Source of the DNA: a bacterium
GTDB lineage: Bacteria; Zhuqueibacterota; QNDG01; JAFGCO01
Assembly: GCA_016932575.1 (NCBI GenBank)
Contig: JAFGCO010000065.1
Coordinates: 20,465-84,464 of the forward strand
Direction of reading: 5' to 3'
Length of the DNA: 64,000 bases
Shown: piece by piece, positions 26,128 to 35,766 of the stretch
Numbering within the stretch: position 1 is the stretch's first letter
Layout: every line of letters begins with the position of its first letter
The notes under the pieces: generated by a model
What the model was told of the DNA's origin: nothing
Database searches by the model: none
The model's input: the letters and a program-made list of their open reading frames with translations, nothing else
Made by a program: the position numbers and the translations under genes

Positions 26128-28137
26128 CTATAATTCTTTCAACCAGCAAGCTGCCATTTCAGCCACAGCAGATCCTGTAAATCCGTATTTTTCAGCAAGC
26201 ACTTTGTAGGGTCCGGACGCACCGTAACTTCTCATGCCGATAAACAGAAAAGGCGCTCGAGTCAATTTGTGCCAGCCCTGTTCGACACCCGCTTCGATAA
26301 GAGCAACCGGAATATGGCCCGGAATTACAGAATCCTGATACGCCTGATCCTGCTGCCAAAATGTCTCCGGGGATGGCATGCTGACTACTCGAACGCATTT
26401 TCCCTGGCCCTCAAGAATTGTTTTTGCTTCCACAGCAATAGACACCTCGGATCCGCTGGCCACAAGGATCACATCGGGATTATCCTGATTCTCCCGGGCA
26501 ATAACGTACCCGCCTTTCTGAATAATCTCGGGATTAAAATCTGAATCCCGATTCAGGACAGGCACAGTCTGTCTGGTTAAAAGGAGGGCTGTGGGTCCGT
26601 TTTTCTTTCTCAACGCGAACGCCCAGGCCATGGCCGTTTCCAGACCATCAGCGGGACGGAATACTGTAACTCCGGGTATGACACGAAGCGCAGCCGCATG
26701 CTCAACAGGTTGATGGGTAGGGCCATCTTCGCCTACAAAAATACTGTCATGTGTGAATACATATATCACCTGCTGATTCATGATTGAAGCCAGGCGAATG
26801 GCAGGGCGCATGTAATCAGAAAATACAAGGAATGTAGAGCCATAAGGAATAAGTCCGCCGTACAGCGCCATACCGTTTAAAATACTGCCCATGGCATGCT
26901 CCCGAATACCGAAATGCAAATTCATGCCCGAATAGTCTCCCTTTTTGATCGAGGATTGGTTAACAATATTGGTTTTTGTCGAAGGAGACAGGTCTGCGGA
27001 GCCACCGATGATGGACGGTACCAGAGTGACAGCCAGATTTAAAATCTTGCCTCCCAAACCACGGGTAGCCATTGGTTTTTCAGGCAGCGCAGCAACTAAT
27101 TTTTCTTCCAGATCTTCAGGGATATTACGATCTTTCATGGACCGCCATAATTCGAACTTTTCAGGATTTGATATCTGCCAGTCTTTATAGAGGACGGTCC
27201 ATTCATCATAGACAGGTTTCAGCTGGTCTTTCCTTTTACAGAAAATCTCCCGAACTTCATCCGGGATATAAAACGAGGATTCAGAAGGAAATCCCATATT
27301 TTTTTTAGCCGCAATAACTTCCTCTTCACCCAGAGGTGCCCCATGCACACCTGAAGTGCCTGCCTGATTGGGACTGCCGTATCCGATGATTGTTTTCGCA
27401 CATATGAGTGTGGGCTTTTCTTTTTCATTGATACCGGACTGAATCGCCTGTGCGATGGCTTCATGATCACGACCGTCAATTTTCACTGTATGCCAGCCAT
27501 ATGATTCAAAACGTCCTGGTACATCTTCAGAAAAAGCCAATTCCGTATTACCCTCTATTGTGATTGAATTGTCATCATAGATATAAATAATGTTTCCCAG
27601 ACCCAGATGTCCGGCAATAGAGGCAGCCTCAGATGAAATGCCTTCCATAAGATCGCCATCACTGACAATCGCATATACATGATGATTGAAAACAGGATGT
27701 TCCGGCGTATTAAAACGATCAGCCAATATCTTCATGGCCAGAGCCATCCCCACACCATTGGACAGACCCTGTCCCAAAGGTCCGGTAGTGGTTTCCACAC
27801 CTGGTACGTGTCGGTACTCCGGATGCCCCGGCGTTTTGCTTTGCCATTGACGAAACTGTCTTAAATCATTTAGAGACAGATCATATCCGGCAAGATGCAG
27901 CATGGCGTACAGCAGCATGGATCCGTGACCTGCGGACAGGACAAAACGGTCTCTGTTGATCCATTGCGGATCCTGGGGATTATAGTTTAAAAATTTTGTC
28001 CATAATACATAAGCACAATCCGCCATCCCCATGGGCATACCCGGATGACCTGAATTGGCTTTCTGTACACCGTCAACTGCCAGAAAGCGAATTGTATTCA
28101 CTGCAAGCTGTTCCAGTCTTTGCATGTTCACTCCCAA
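26128..28137 (-). CDS. tkt: Transketolase.
   Basis: 669 aa. 'GHPGMPMGMADCAYVLWTKFLNYNPQDPQWINRDRFVLSAGHGSMLLYAMLHLAGY' is a classic TPP-binding N-terminus. The C-terminal domain is also present. Confidence 0.9.
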   Translation of the reverse strand: MGVNMQRLEQLAVNTIRFLAVDGVQKANSGHPGMPMGMADCAYVLWTKFLNYNPQDPQWINRDRFVLSAGHGSMLLYAMLHLAGYDLSLNDLRQFRQWQSKTPGHPEYRHVPGVETTTGPLGQGLSNGVGMALAMKILADRFNTPEHPVFNHHVYAIVSDGDLMEGISSEAASIAGHLGLGNIIYIYDDNSITIEGNTELAFSEDVPGRFESYGWHTVKIDGRDHEAIAQAIQSGINEKEKPTLICAKTIIGYGSPNQAGTSGVHGAPLGEEEVIAAKKNMGFPSESSFYIPDEVREIFCKRKDQLKPVYDEWTVLYKDWQISNPEKFELWRSMKDRNIPEDLEEKLVAALPEKPMATRGLGGKILNLAVTLVPSIIGGSADLSPSTKTNIVNQSSIKKGDYSGMNLHFGIREHAMGSILNGMALYGGLIPYGSTFLVFSDYMRPAIRLASIMNQQVIYVFTHDSIFVGEDGPTHQPVEHAAALRVIPGVTVFRPADGLETAMAWAFALRKKNGPTALLLTRQTVPVLNRDSDFNPEIIQKGGYVIARENQDNPDVILVASGSEVSIAVEAKTILEGQGKCVRVVSMPSPETFWQQDQAYQDSVIPGHIPVALIEAGVEQGWHKLTRAPFLFIGMRSYGASGPYKVLAEKYGFTGSAVAEMAACWLKEL

Positions 28138-28307
28138 ATTTATATTCTGTCAGAGTCACCTGAAATCGATCAACAAGATACAAAAATCATCGATCATTTA
28201 CAAGCCGATTCATGGTATTTTCCCTTGCTTTTTCAATAAACCGATATTAAATTTAAATTCCATATTTCATAATGGATGGATACCAATAACGAGGAGTGGA
28301 TGATCAT

Positions 28308-30119
28308 ATGTTACAGACGCTAAGAAACAATATGCGATATATCATGTTTGTTGTGGCGGCAGCATTCATATTAACCATTGTATTCAGCTGGGGTATGGGA
28401 GGGTTTAAAAACAAACGTACCAAAGTACAAAGCGGCATTCTGGCAACGGTTAATAATCAAAAAATAATGTATCAAACATTTGCATTGCTCGTGGAACAGG
28501 AAATCAAGCAAATAAAAGAAAGCCAGGACAAAACATCATTGACAGATTACGAGATTCAATCCATTCGTGAAAAGGTATGGAATGAAACACTCAGGGATCT
28601 GCTGATGACACAGGAGGTAAAACGTCTGGGCATTCAAACCACAGCGAATGAGATTTTTATGCACCTCGAAAACAATCCCCCTCCTTTTATTAAAAATCAC
28701 GAAGCCTTTCAGACAGACGGCGAGTTTGACATTCAAAAATACCATCAGATCCTGAGAGACAGGCAATATGCCAATGCCTGGGTTGATGCTGAAAATTACC
28801 TGCGGAGCACATTGCCAATGCAAAAACTTGGCTCCTGGCTGTTATCAACCATCCGTGTCACAGAAGAGGAACTCAAACAGGCATATGCTTTAAAAAATAA
28901 TCGTGTGAATGTGCAATATGTAAATTTCAATCCGTATCGCTACCCGATGGACAGCATTGAGATAACAGACCAGGAAATTCAGACATATTATAAAGAGCAC
29001 AAGGACGAATTCAAGCTCGAGGAACAGAGAAAAATCAAATATGTAAAGTTTAATCTGGATCCCACAAAAGAAGACACGGCTCTTTTAAAATCGGATGCCG
29101 GTGATTTAATCCTGCGACTCAGGGAAGGCGAAGACTTTGCCAGTCTGGCTCAAACCGAATCGGAAGATCCCGGTTCTGCGGAACGAGGCGGTGACCTCGG
29201 TTTTTTTGGCCGGGGAGACATGGTAAAACCTTTTGAAGATGCGGCCTTTAATGCCCCTGTCGGCAAAATCATCGGGCCAGTCGAATCCAATTACGGTCTT
29301 CACATCATCAAGGTGACCGATCGCAAACGTGAAAATGGGGAAACCAAGGTAAAGGCAAGTCATATTCTGCTGAAATATAAGGCCAGCCCGGAAACCCATG
29401 ACAGGGTCAATGAATCCGCATCATATTTTTCAGATGAGCTTTTGGAATCCGATGATTATACTTTCGATGAGCTCGCAAAAAGAGAGGGATACGAAACGGA
29501 GGAATCGACTCTGTTCAGCAAGGGAGGTTTTATTCCGGGTGTGGGCATGTCCATGACCATGAACCGCCTCACCTTTCGTGAAAATCTGGGCTATGTGAGT
29601 CCTCCTATCGATGTCAACAACCAGCTCTACGTTTTTCAAGTTTCTGATATTGAGGAAGCGCATATTCAGCCCATCAATGAAGTTAAAACAAAAATCGAAC
29701 GCGCATTAAGACACGAAAAACAAAAACAGATGGCGATGGAAGATTGCAAACTGTTTTGGGAAAAAATGCAATCTTCTGATTTTGAAGAATCCGCTGCAGA
29801 AAATTCTCTTGAGATTAAAGAAACAGGCTTGTTCACCTTTGAATCCGGTGCTCCTCAGATTGGCAAGGATCCCAAATTAATGGGAGCTGCCTTTGGATTG
29901 TCAGTAGGAGATACAAGCAGCCCCATTGAAACCGACCGCGGCTGTTATATTCTGAAAGTTCTGGATAAAACAGAATTCAACGAATCAGATTTCAAATCTC
30001 AAAAAGAATCGCTGAAACAAGAATTAATAAACAGGAAAATGAATACTTATTATATGACGTGGATGGAAAAACTGAAAGCGGATGCAGAAATCGAGGATTT
30101 TCGTGAGGCCTATTTCTAA
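28308..30119 (+). CDS. Periplasmic chaperone / peptidyl-prolyl isomerase, PpiD/SurA-like, with a parvulin domain.
   Basis: Start refined to MLQTLRNN (GAGGAG ribosome-binding site). N-terminal TM 'YIMFVVAAAFILTIVFSWG'. Parvulin motif 'GGDLGFFGRGDMVKPFEDAAFNAPVGKIIGPVESNYGLHIIKV'. Confidence 0.75.
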   Translation: MLQTLRNNMRYIMFVVAAAFILTIVFSWGMGGFKNKRTKVQSGILATVNNQKIMYQTFALLVEQEIKQIKESQDKTSLTDYEIQSIREKVWNETLRDLLMTQEVKRLGIQTTANEIFMHLENNPPPFIKNHEAFQTDGEFDIQKYHQILRDRQYANAWVDAENYLRSTLPMQKLGSWLLSTIRVTEEELKQAYALKNNRVNVQYVNFNPYRYPMDSIEITDQEIQTYYKEHKDEFKLEEQRKIKYVKFNLDPTKEDTALLKSDAGDLILRLREGEDFASLAQTESEDPGSAERGGDLGFFGRGDMVKPFEDAAFNAPVGKIIGPVESNYGLHIIKVTDRKRENGETKVKASHILLKYKASPETHDRVNESASYFSDELLESDDYTFDELAKREGYETEESTLFSKGGFIPGVGMSMTMNRLTFRENLGYVSPPIDVNNQLYVFQVSDIEEAHIQPINEVKTKIERALRHEKQKQMAMEDCKLFWEKMQSSDFEESAAENSLEIKETGLFTFESGAPQIGKDPKLMGAAFGLSVGDTSSPIETDRGCYILKVLDKTEFNESDFKSQKESLKQELINRKMNTYYMTWMEKLKADAEIEDFREAYF

Positions 30120-30274
30120 CCGATGAAATGGATATCAGATATCTAAAGCCGGCCTCTTAGAACCATAGTGACCATGTGGATTATTGAACAGGTAAAACAT
30201 GGGTGCTGCGTGCTTTTTTCTGTTTATAAATATAATAAATTCTGTCTGTCAACATCATATAGGAGCCGGGGATA

Positions 30275-31399
30275 TTGTCCATTCAGGTTCATGAAGTACA
30301 CACACTTCGGCAATTAAAACAGTTTATCGATTTTCCATACCAACTCTATCATAAGCATCCTTGCTGGGTTCCCCCCATTAGAATGGATGAAATCAATACG
30401 CTTCGCAAGGATAAAAATCCTGCATTTGAACATTGCCAGGCGAGATATTGGCTGGCAAAAAGGGAAAATAAGATTGTCGGACGTGTTGCCGGCATCATCA
30501 ATCAGAAATATCTGGATACCTGGGGTAAGAAGTATCTGCGTTTCGGATGGATCGATTTTGAAGATGATTTAGCAATCTCACAGAGCCTGATGGCCGTTGT
30601 GGAACAATGGGCAACCGAACTCGGCATGGAGGCTGTTCACGGACCTCTTGGATTCACGGATCTGGACTATGAAGGTATGCTTGTGGAAGGATTTCTTGAA
30701 TTGGGAACACTGGCTGCCATATACAATCATCCCTACTACCCAAACCATCTGGAATCCCTGGGGTATAAAAAAGATATCGACTGGGTGGAATTTGAAATCA
30801 GGCCTCCCCGGGAGATTCCCGAACGGATGGACAGGATTGCAAATGTGGCAATGCGCCGTCTGCATTTGCATGTACTAAGGGCAAGGCATAAAAAACAACT
30901 CCTTTCCTATGTTCCTCAGATATTCGAAATGATCGATGAGGCTTACCAACATCTCTATGGCGTCGTACCTTTGACGCCCACCCAGGTATCCTACTATACT
31001 AAAATGTATTTTGGATTTATTAAACCCGATTATGTCTCGATTATATTAGATGAACACGGCAAACTGGCAGCTTTCGGCATCACCATGCCTTCGCTGTCAA
31101 AAGCACTTCAGAAATGCCGCGGAAAACTTTTGCCCTTTGGATTTATTCATCTGCTCAAGGCCATGAAAAAAAATGACACAGCGGATCTCTATCTGGTGGG
31201 TGTGCGGCCATCTTTGCAGGGAAAAGGGATTAATGCGATCATGATTCGAGAAATCAATAAAATTTATGCGCGTCATAACATACAAAAAGTAGAATCCAAT
31301 CCTGAGCTGGAAACCAATCGCAATGTGCAGGGTCAATGGAAATATTACGAACATCGGCAGCATAAAAGGCGTCGCTGCTATATTAAAAAATTAATCTGA
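30275..31399 (+). CDS. Hypothetical protein with a C-terminal GNAT-like acyltransferase fold.
   Basis: 374 aa. 'LYLVGVRPSLQGKGINAIMIREINKI' resembles GNAT motif A. I do not recognise the N-terminal 230 aa. Confidence 0.4.
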   Translation: MSIQVHEVHTLRQLKQFIDFPYQLYHKHPCWVPPIRMDEINTLRKDKNPAFEHCQARYWLAKRENKIVGRVAGIINQKYLDTWGKKYLRFGWIDFEDDLAISQSLMAVVEQWATELGMEAVHGPLGFTDLDYEGMLVEGFLELGTLAAIYNHPYYPNHLESLGYKKDIDWVEFEIRPPREIPERMDRIANVAMRRLHLHVLRARHKKQLLSYVPQIFEMIDEAYQHLYGVVPLTPTQVSYYTKMYFGFIKPDYVSIILDEHGKLAAFGITMPSLSKALQKCRGKLLPFGFIHLLKAMKKNDTADLYLVGVRPSLQGKGINAIMIREINKIYARHNIQKVESNPELETNRNVQGQWKYYEHRQHKRRRCYIKKLI

Positions 31400-31571
31400 T
31401 TTAATCTTTATTCAATATTTTTTACTTGCATTCCTGTTTTCCATTCCTCAAATTGCTAACAAGCCAGGCATGTCCGCATGATTAGTAATCACAGGGGATC
31501 TCTGGTGTTGAAAAAATGATATCATCAACCCCAACATTTTTATTTCAGATGAATAAACAAGGAGGTGTATT

Positions 31572-32429
31572 ATGCTGTTCATTTTCAGTGTGCTGATCTT
31601 AATCGGCGCCATCATTGCCCTGAGCGCAACCAAAGACAAAAAGAGCAAACTGGTTACCGGAGTGATCATTGCAATTTTTGTGCTGATCTCTTTTTCACAG
31701 CTCATCCGTGTTGTACCGGCAGGGCATGTCGGTGTGGTGGATATTTTTGGTAAAGTAAACGATCGGACATTAAAAGCAGGCATCAATCTGGTCAATCCTT
31801 TTGCCAAGGTGCTGATGTTTTCCATTAAAACTCAGGAAATGAAAGAGAACATGACAGTGCCTTCAGAGGAAGGGCTGAATGTGGGACTTGAAATCAGCGC
31901 ACTGTATCATCTTGAACCGGAAGAGGCTGCGGATGTTTATAAAACTGTCGGATATAATTATCAGGATGTTATACTCGTGCCGCAATTCCGATCCGTGGTT
32001 CGGGGGGTGACCGCTTCATACGCGGCAAAAGCGCTTTACACATCAGCGCGCGAAGAGTTGTCTCAACAAATCAAAGAGCAACTCGACAATCAGGTCTCCA
32101 AAAGGGGAATTTTCATCGAATCGACCCCTTTGCGCAGCATTGCGCTGCCGGAACGACTGCGTAAGGCAATCGAAGAAAAGCTTCAGGCAGACCAGGAGAG
32201 CCAGCGCATGCAATTTATTCTGGAAAAAGAAAAACAAGAGGCTGAACGAAAGCGAATAGAAGCGCAGGGCATTGCCGACTTTCAGCGGATTGTCTCCAAA
32301 GGGATTGATCAGCAATTATTAAAGTGGAAAGGCATTGAGGCCACTGAAAAACTGGCCAATTCTCAAAACGCAAAAATCGTGATTGTGGGCGGCAAAGACG
32401 GCCTCCCGTTGATTTTGGGATCACAATAG
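31572..32429 (+). CDS. SPFH/band-7 (prohibitin-like) membrane protein.
   Basis: AAGGAGG ribosome-binding site. N-terminal TM, then 'RVVPAGHVGVVDIFGKVNDRTLKAGINLVNPF' (SPFH core), then a coiled-coil C-terminus 'EKEKQEAERKRIEAQGIADFQRI'. Confidence 0.8.
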   Translation: MLFIFSVLILIGAIIALSATKDKKSKLVTGVIIAIFVLISFSQLIRVVPAGHVGVVDIFGKVNDRTLKAGINLVNPFAKVLMFSIKTQEMKENMTVPSEEGLNVGLEISALYHLEPEEAADVYKTVGYNYQDVILVPQFRSVVRGVTASYAAKALYTSAREELSQQIKEQLDNQVSKRGIFIESTPLRSIALPERLRKAIEEKLQADQESQRMQFILEKEKQEAERKRIEAQGIADFQRIVSKGIDQQLLKWKGIEATEKLANSQNAKIVIVGGKDGLPLILGSQ

Positions 32430-32636
32430 AGAAATTTTAATCAACCATCAAGGGCCAGTAATAAATGTTATCTTTATACCATGACGCATTATCCCGTATC
32501 GGAACATCAGACAGACTTCCGGACACGGCATTTGATGAAACGATGATCAAATTCTTTGAAATTGCACTTTTGTTATCTGTAGAATCGCAAAATTCAGTCC
32601 TATTTTTTATTGCTGCCCTTTCCGGAATCCATGAAT

Positions 32637-33881
32637 ATGCCACATAGCGACATTCTCGTGATTGGCGGCGGTGCGTCCGGTATCATGGCCGCTATAACTG
32701 CCGCGCGGCATGGTGCACACGTTTCTATCCTGGAGCGAATGAACCGGATCGGGAAAAAATTGCTGGTTACAGGCAACAGCCGTTGCAACCTGACCAATCT
32801 GTCTTTGCATCCGGATCATTATCACGGCGCCCGAAAGGCATTCATAGAAAAAATTCTAAAACAATGTAATGTTCACAGTACTTTAAAATTATTTCAGAAT
32901 CTGGGACTGGCCTGGAAAGTGGACAACGAAAACCGGGTATATCCGCTTTCAGAACAAGCCTCTTCTGTTCTTGATATTCTTAGATTCGCTCTGTCTCATC
33001 ATCATGTCGACATTTACTGCAGCGCCAAGGCTGACCGGCTGGAATATCGTAATCATCAATTCATCGTGACACTGAAAAATCATCGCCAGTTTACCGCCGA
33101 TACAACGATTCTGGCTGCAGGAGGTCAGGCCAGAAAGGATCTCGGATCCAACGGATCGGGATTTGAACTGGCTGAATGCCTGGGCCACCATATTATATCC
33201 CCTTTCCCCGCATTGGTAAAAATCAGATGCGACTGTCCATATTTAAAAAGTCTCAAAGGCACAAGAACGGACGCCGTACTGACATTATTTTCCGGGAATG
33301 AAAAGGTTGACTCTGTTACCGGAGAACTGATGTTCACGGAAGACGGGCTTTCGGGTATTCCTGCATTAGAGATCAGTCGCCACATTCATTCAGTTGCCCA
33401 GCATAAAAAAGAATGCCGTATACAAATCGATCTGCTTCCCGCCTATCCGGCCGATAATTTAAAGACTGACCTAATCATGCGGTATCAAATGCTGGGACAT
33501 ATGACCGCTGAACAGACACTGATTACAATACTGAAAAAACGACTGATTATTCCTGTACTTAAATCCGCGGGGATTTCTCATCAAATCAGGGGAAACCAAA
33601 TCAGCAATGATCAGGTAAATCAATTGGTCCGGGTTTTAAAAGGCTGGAGCTTTTCCGTCACAGGAACCAGGTCCTTGAATGAAGCACAAGTCACTGCCGG
33701 CGGCGTGGATACAGAAGAGATCGATTCAGAAACCCTTGAATCCCTGCTTATTCCCGGACTCTATTTTTCAGGAGAAATCATGGATGTGGATGGCGATTGC
33801 GGCGGTTACAATCTGCAATGGGCCTGGTCGACCGGTTATATTGCGGGAAAATCTGCGGCAGAAGCATCCAAAGGGGGATAA
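32637..33881 (+). CDS. NAD(P)/FAD-dependent oxidoreductase, HI0933/YhiN (BaiN-like) family.
   Basis: Start refined to MPHSDILVIGGGASGIMAAITAARHGAHVSILER (a Rossmann GxGxxG fold). C-terminal 'AGGQA...GE(I/L)MDVDGDCGGYNLQWAW' is typical of this family. Confidence 0.8.
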   Translation: MPHSDILVIGGGASGIMAAITAARHGAHVSILERMNRIGKKLLVTGNSRCNLTNLSLHPDHYHGARKAFIEKILKQCNVHSTLKLFQNLGLAWKVDNENRVYPLSEQASSVLDILRFALSHHHVDIYCSAKADRLEYRNHQFIVTLKNHRQFTADTTILAAGGQARKDLGSNGSGFELAECLGHHIISPFPALVKIRCDCPYLKSLKGTRTDAVLTLFSGNEKVDSVTGELMFTEDGLSGIPALEISRHIHSVAQHKKECRIQIDLLPAYPADNLKTDLIMRYQMLGHMTAEQTLITILKKRLIIPVLKSAGISHQIRGNQISNDQVNQLVRVLKGWSFSVTGTRSLNEAQVTAGGVDTEEIDSETLESLLIPGLYFSGEIMDVDGDCGGYNLQWAWSTGYIAGKSAAEASKGG

Positions 33882-34148
33882 ACGCCTGGATCTGATGGAT
33901 ATTGATAAAACCTTACATTTTTTAAGAAGGCAACCTTTTTGAAAAATTATTCTTTTATAAATTTTTGTCTTTACAATGCATGGACGTAAATATAAAATTC
34001 ATTATTAGAAGGTTATCTTCTGCAATTGAGAGATGTCAGCTATGTTTTTATAACTATCGAATTCTTTCAATATGATTCGTCAGTCACATAGAATCGGTAT
34101 TTTTACTAAAGTTCTGAATACAATTTTACCTGAAAAAAACCGATAAAA

Positions 34149-34182
34149 AATCCTGTCAGGATTTCAAACACCTGACAGGATT
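34149..34182 (-). terminator. Rho-independent terminator for the 34213..35745 gene.
   Basis: Perfect 12-bp inverted repeat aatcctgtcagg / cctgacaggatt with a 10-nt loop. On the minus strand it is followed by TTTTTTATCGGTTTTTTT. Confidence 0.55.
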
Positions 34183-34212
34183 GATTCTTATACCATAAAA
34201 ATAAAAACCGGC

Positions 34213-35745
34213 TTATTCAATCTGCGAAATCAGCATTTCAACCTTTTCCTTCAGATACACATACACCTCATCGCTGATATGTTTGCCTTGCTGGGCCTTC
34301 AGTTCATTCAAAAATGCATTTAACACGTTCAGTACCTGATCTGTCTTTTCTTTTTCAAGCTGTTTCTGAGCAGTCTCCAGCTTGACGATCAGGCTGTTGG
34401 CGAGACCTGAGGTATCGATGTCGCCCTGTTCTGATTGTTTGTTGATATACTCAATAAGGTGATTAATCGATACATCTGAATTTGAAATTTTATCAAACAA
34501 CCATTTCGAATTGTAAGATAATAACAATTGTCCTTCATTTGTTATTTTTATCCCTGTATCTTCTTCTATTTCATTCAACATTGACTGTAAAATGTTCTCT
34601 GCTAACTGATTTTCCCCTTGCTCAATATGTGATTTTGCTGTTGTCAGATAATCTAAATATTTATCTAATGTTATTTGATCTGCAATCCAACCTTTCTCAA
34701 AAGCATCCTGCAAATCATCAGCAAGTAAAGCAATTAATTCAACATCAGATTGCTCTTTAGAAATATCAACAGACAATGGCTTTTCTGGCATATCAGAGCA
34801 ACAATAATAAATATTTTCAGGGTAATTATCAAATAATAACAATTCTCCTTCTGGTGGCAATCTTAATCGTCGCTTTAATATGGCCGATTTTGAATCAAAA
34901 ATATAAACATTCCCCGGTCTATACTCAGGAGGAGTATTTGGATTATCATCTATAACAAACTGAACTTCCTCAATAATTACATTCTGAGCATCAGGCGAAA
35001 GATATGCTTTGGATCTCCAAGGAAAGGAAATAGATTCAAAGCACTCTGCCTGGTCAGGGTCACATACTAAATAATACCTATTTTGATAGCTTTCTCCATA
35101 TGAAAAAACAATTAAAGCTTTCCCATCTTTACTGTCTCTAATCCCGGTAATAAAATGAAAATTCGTTAAATCGCCACATTTCATGCTCTCATTCAGAATA
35201 CCGCCATTTAAATCAGTGACTTGAAAGAATATTCCTTCTTTTTTTGGCAATAATCGATAAATTTTAGTTTCATCTTCCGATAAAAACGGCTCGCAATAAG
35301 AATATATTCCATATAATGTGTCCAAATGTGCAAAAGAATTACGATCAAACACAATCGTCATACAGGGTATTCGATCCACATCACCCAAAACCAAAATCAA
35401 TTTGTTGGTTTTTGGCGCATCGAGTATCTGCAGAATTTCATCGTCTCGTGTTTTGGACATGATTTCTGTCCTGTTATTCAAATCATTGACATCGAAAGCA
35501 TAAATCTGGGAACGATCTGTATAGATCATTTTTTGCTGGTCAGGAGTGGTAAATAATTGCAATCCAATATAACAATCCGTTAATACATCCTCACTGACTC
35601 CTGTTTCTAAATCAATCCGGGAAATGTTTCTGTTGTTCCAATGACCTGAGAAAAAATATTTATAGGGTTGCGCATTCAATAGTTCTACGGATAATAACAA
35701 ATTAATGCTCAAAATATAATTGATGAAAACTCTATAGCGATTCAT
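34213..35745 (-). CDS. Secreted hypothetical protein with a beta-propeller-like N-terminal region and two C-terminal FIMAH-like four-helix modules.
   Basis: Signal peptide. The N-terminal ~330 aa are beta-rich with repeated 'IY.FD'-type strands. C-terminal repeats 'DKYLDYLTTAKSHIEQGENQLAENILQSMLNEIEE...' and 'ANSLIVKLETAQKQLEKEKTDQVLNVLNAFLNELKAQQGKHISDEV' match the FIMAH consensus from memory (…L..KL..A.KQLEKGN…A…L.AF…V.AQSGKHI). Confidence 0.5.
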   Translation of the reverse strand: MNRYRVFINYILSINLLLSVELLNAQPYKYFFSGHWNNRNISRIDLETGVSEDVLTDCYIGLQLFTTPDQQKMIYTDRSQIYAFDVNDLNNRTEIMSKTRDDEILQILDAPKTNKLILVLGDVDRIPCMTIVFDRNSFAHLDTLYGIYSYCEPFLSEDETKIYRLLPKKEGIFFQVTDLNGGILNESMKCGDLTNFHFITGIRDSKDGKALIVFSYGESYQNRYYLVCDPDQAECFESISFPWRSKAYLSPDAQNVIIEEVQFVIDDNPNTPPEYRPGNVYIFDSKSAILKRRLRLPPEGELLLFDNYPENIYYCCSDMPEKPLSVDISKEQSDVELIALLADDLQDAFEKGWIADQITLDKYLDYLTTAKSHIEQGENQLAENILQSMLNEIEEDTGIKITNEGQLLLSYNSKWLFDKISNSDVSINHLIEYINKQSEQGDIDTSGLANSLIVKLETAQKQLEKEKTDQVLNVLNAFLNELKAQQGKHISDEVYVYLKEKVEMLISQIE

Positions 35746-35766
35746 CTTGTTCTCCTTTAATATTGA

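Noticed and set aside
31448-31825. A 125-aa minus-strand ORF overlapping the SPFH gene start and its promoter.
   Set aside because: It overlaps a well-supported gene that has a strong ribosome-binding site. It has no ribosome-binding site of its own and its composition is odd. It is likely spurious.
32465-32647. A 60-aa ORF between the SPFH gene and the flavoprotein gene.
   Set aside because: It would overlap the refined flavoprotein start (32637). There is no ribosome-binding site and the sequence is not recognisable. It is left uncalled.
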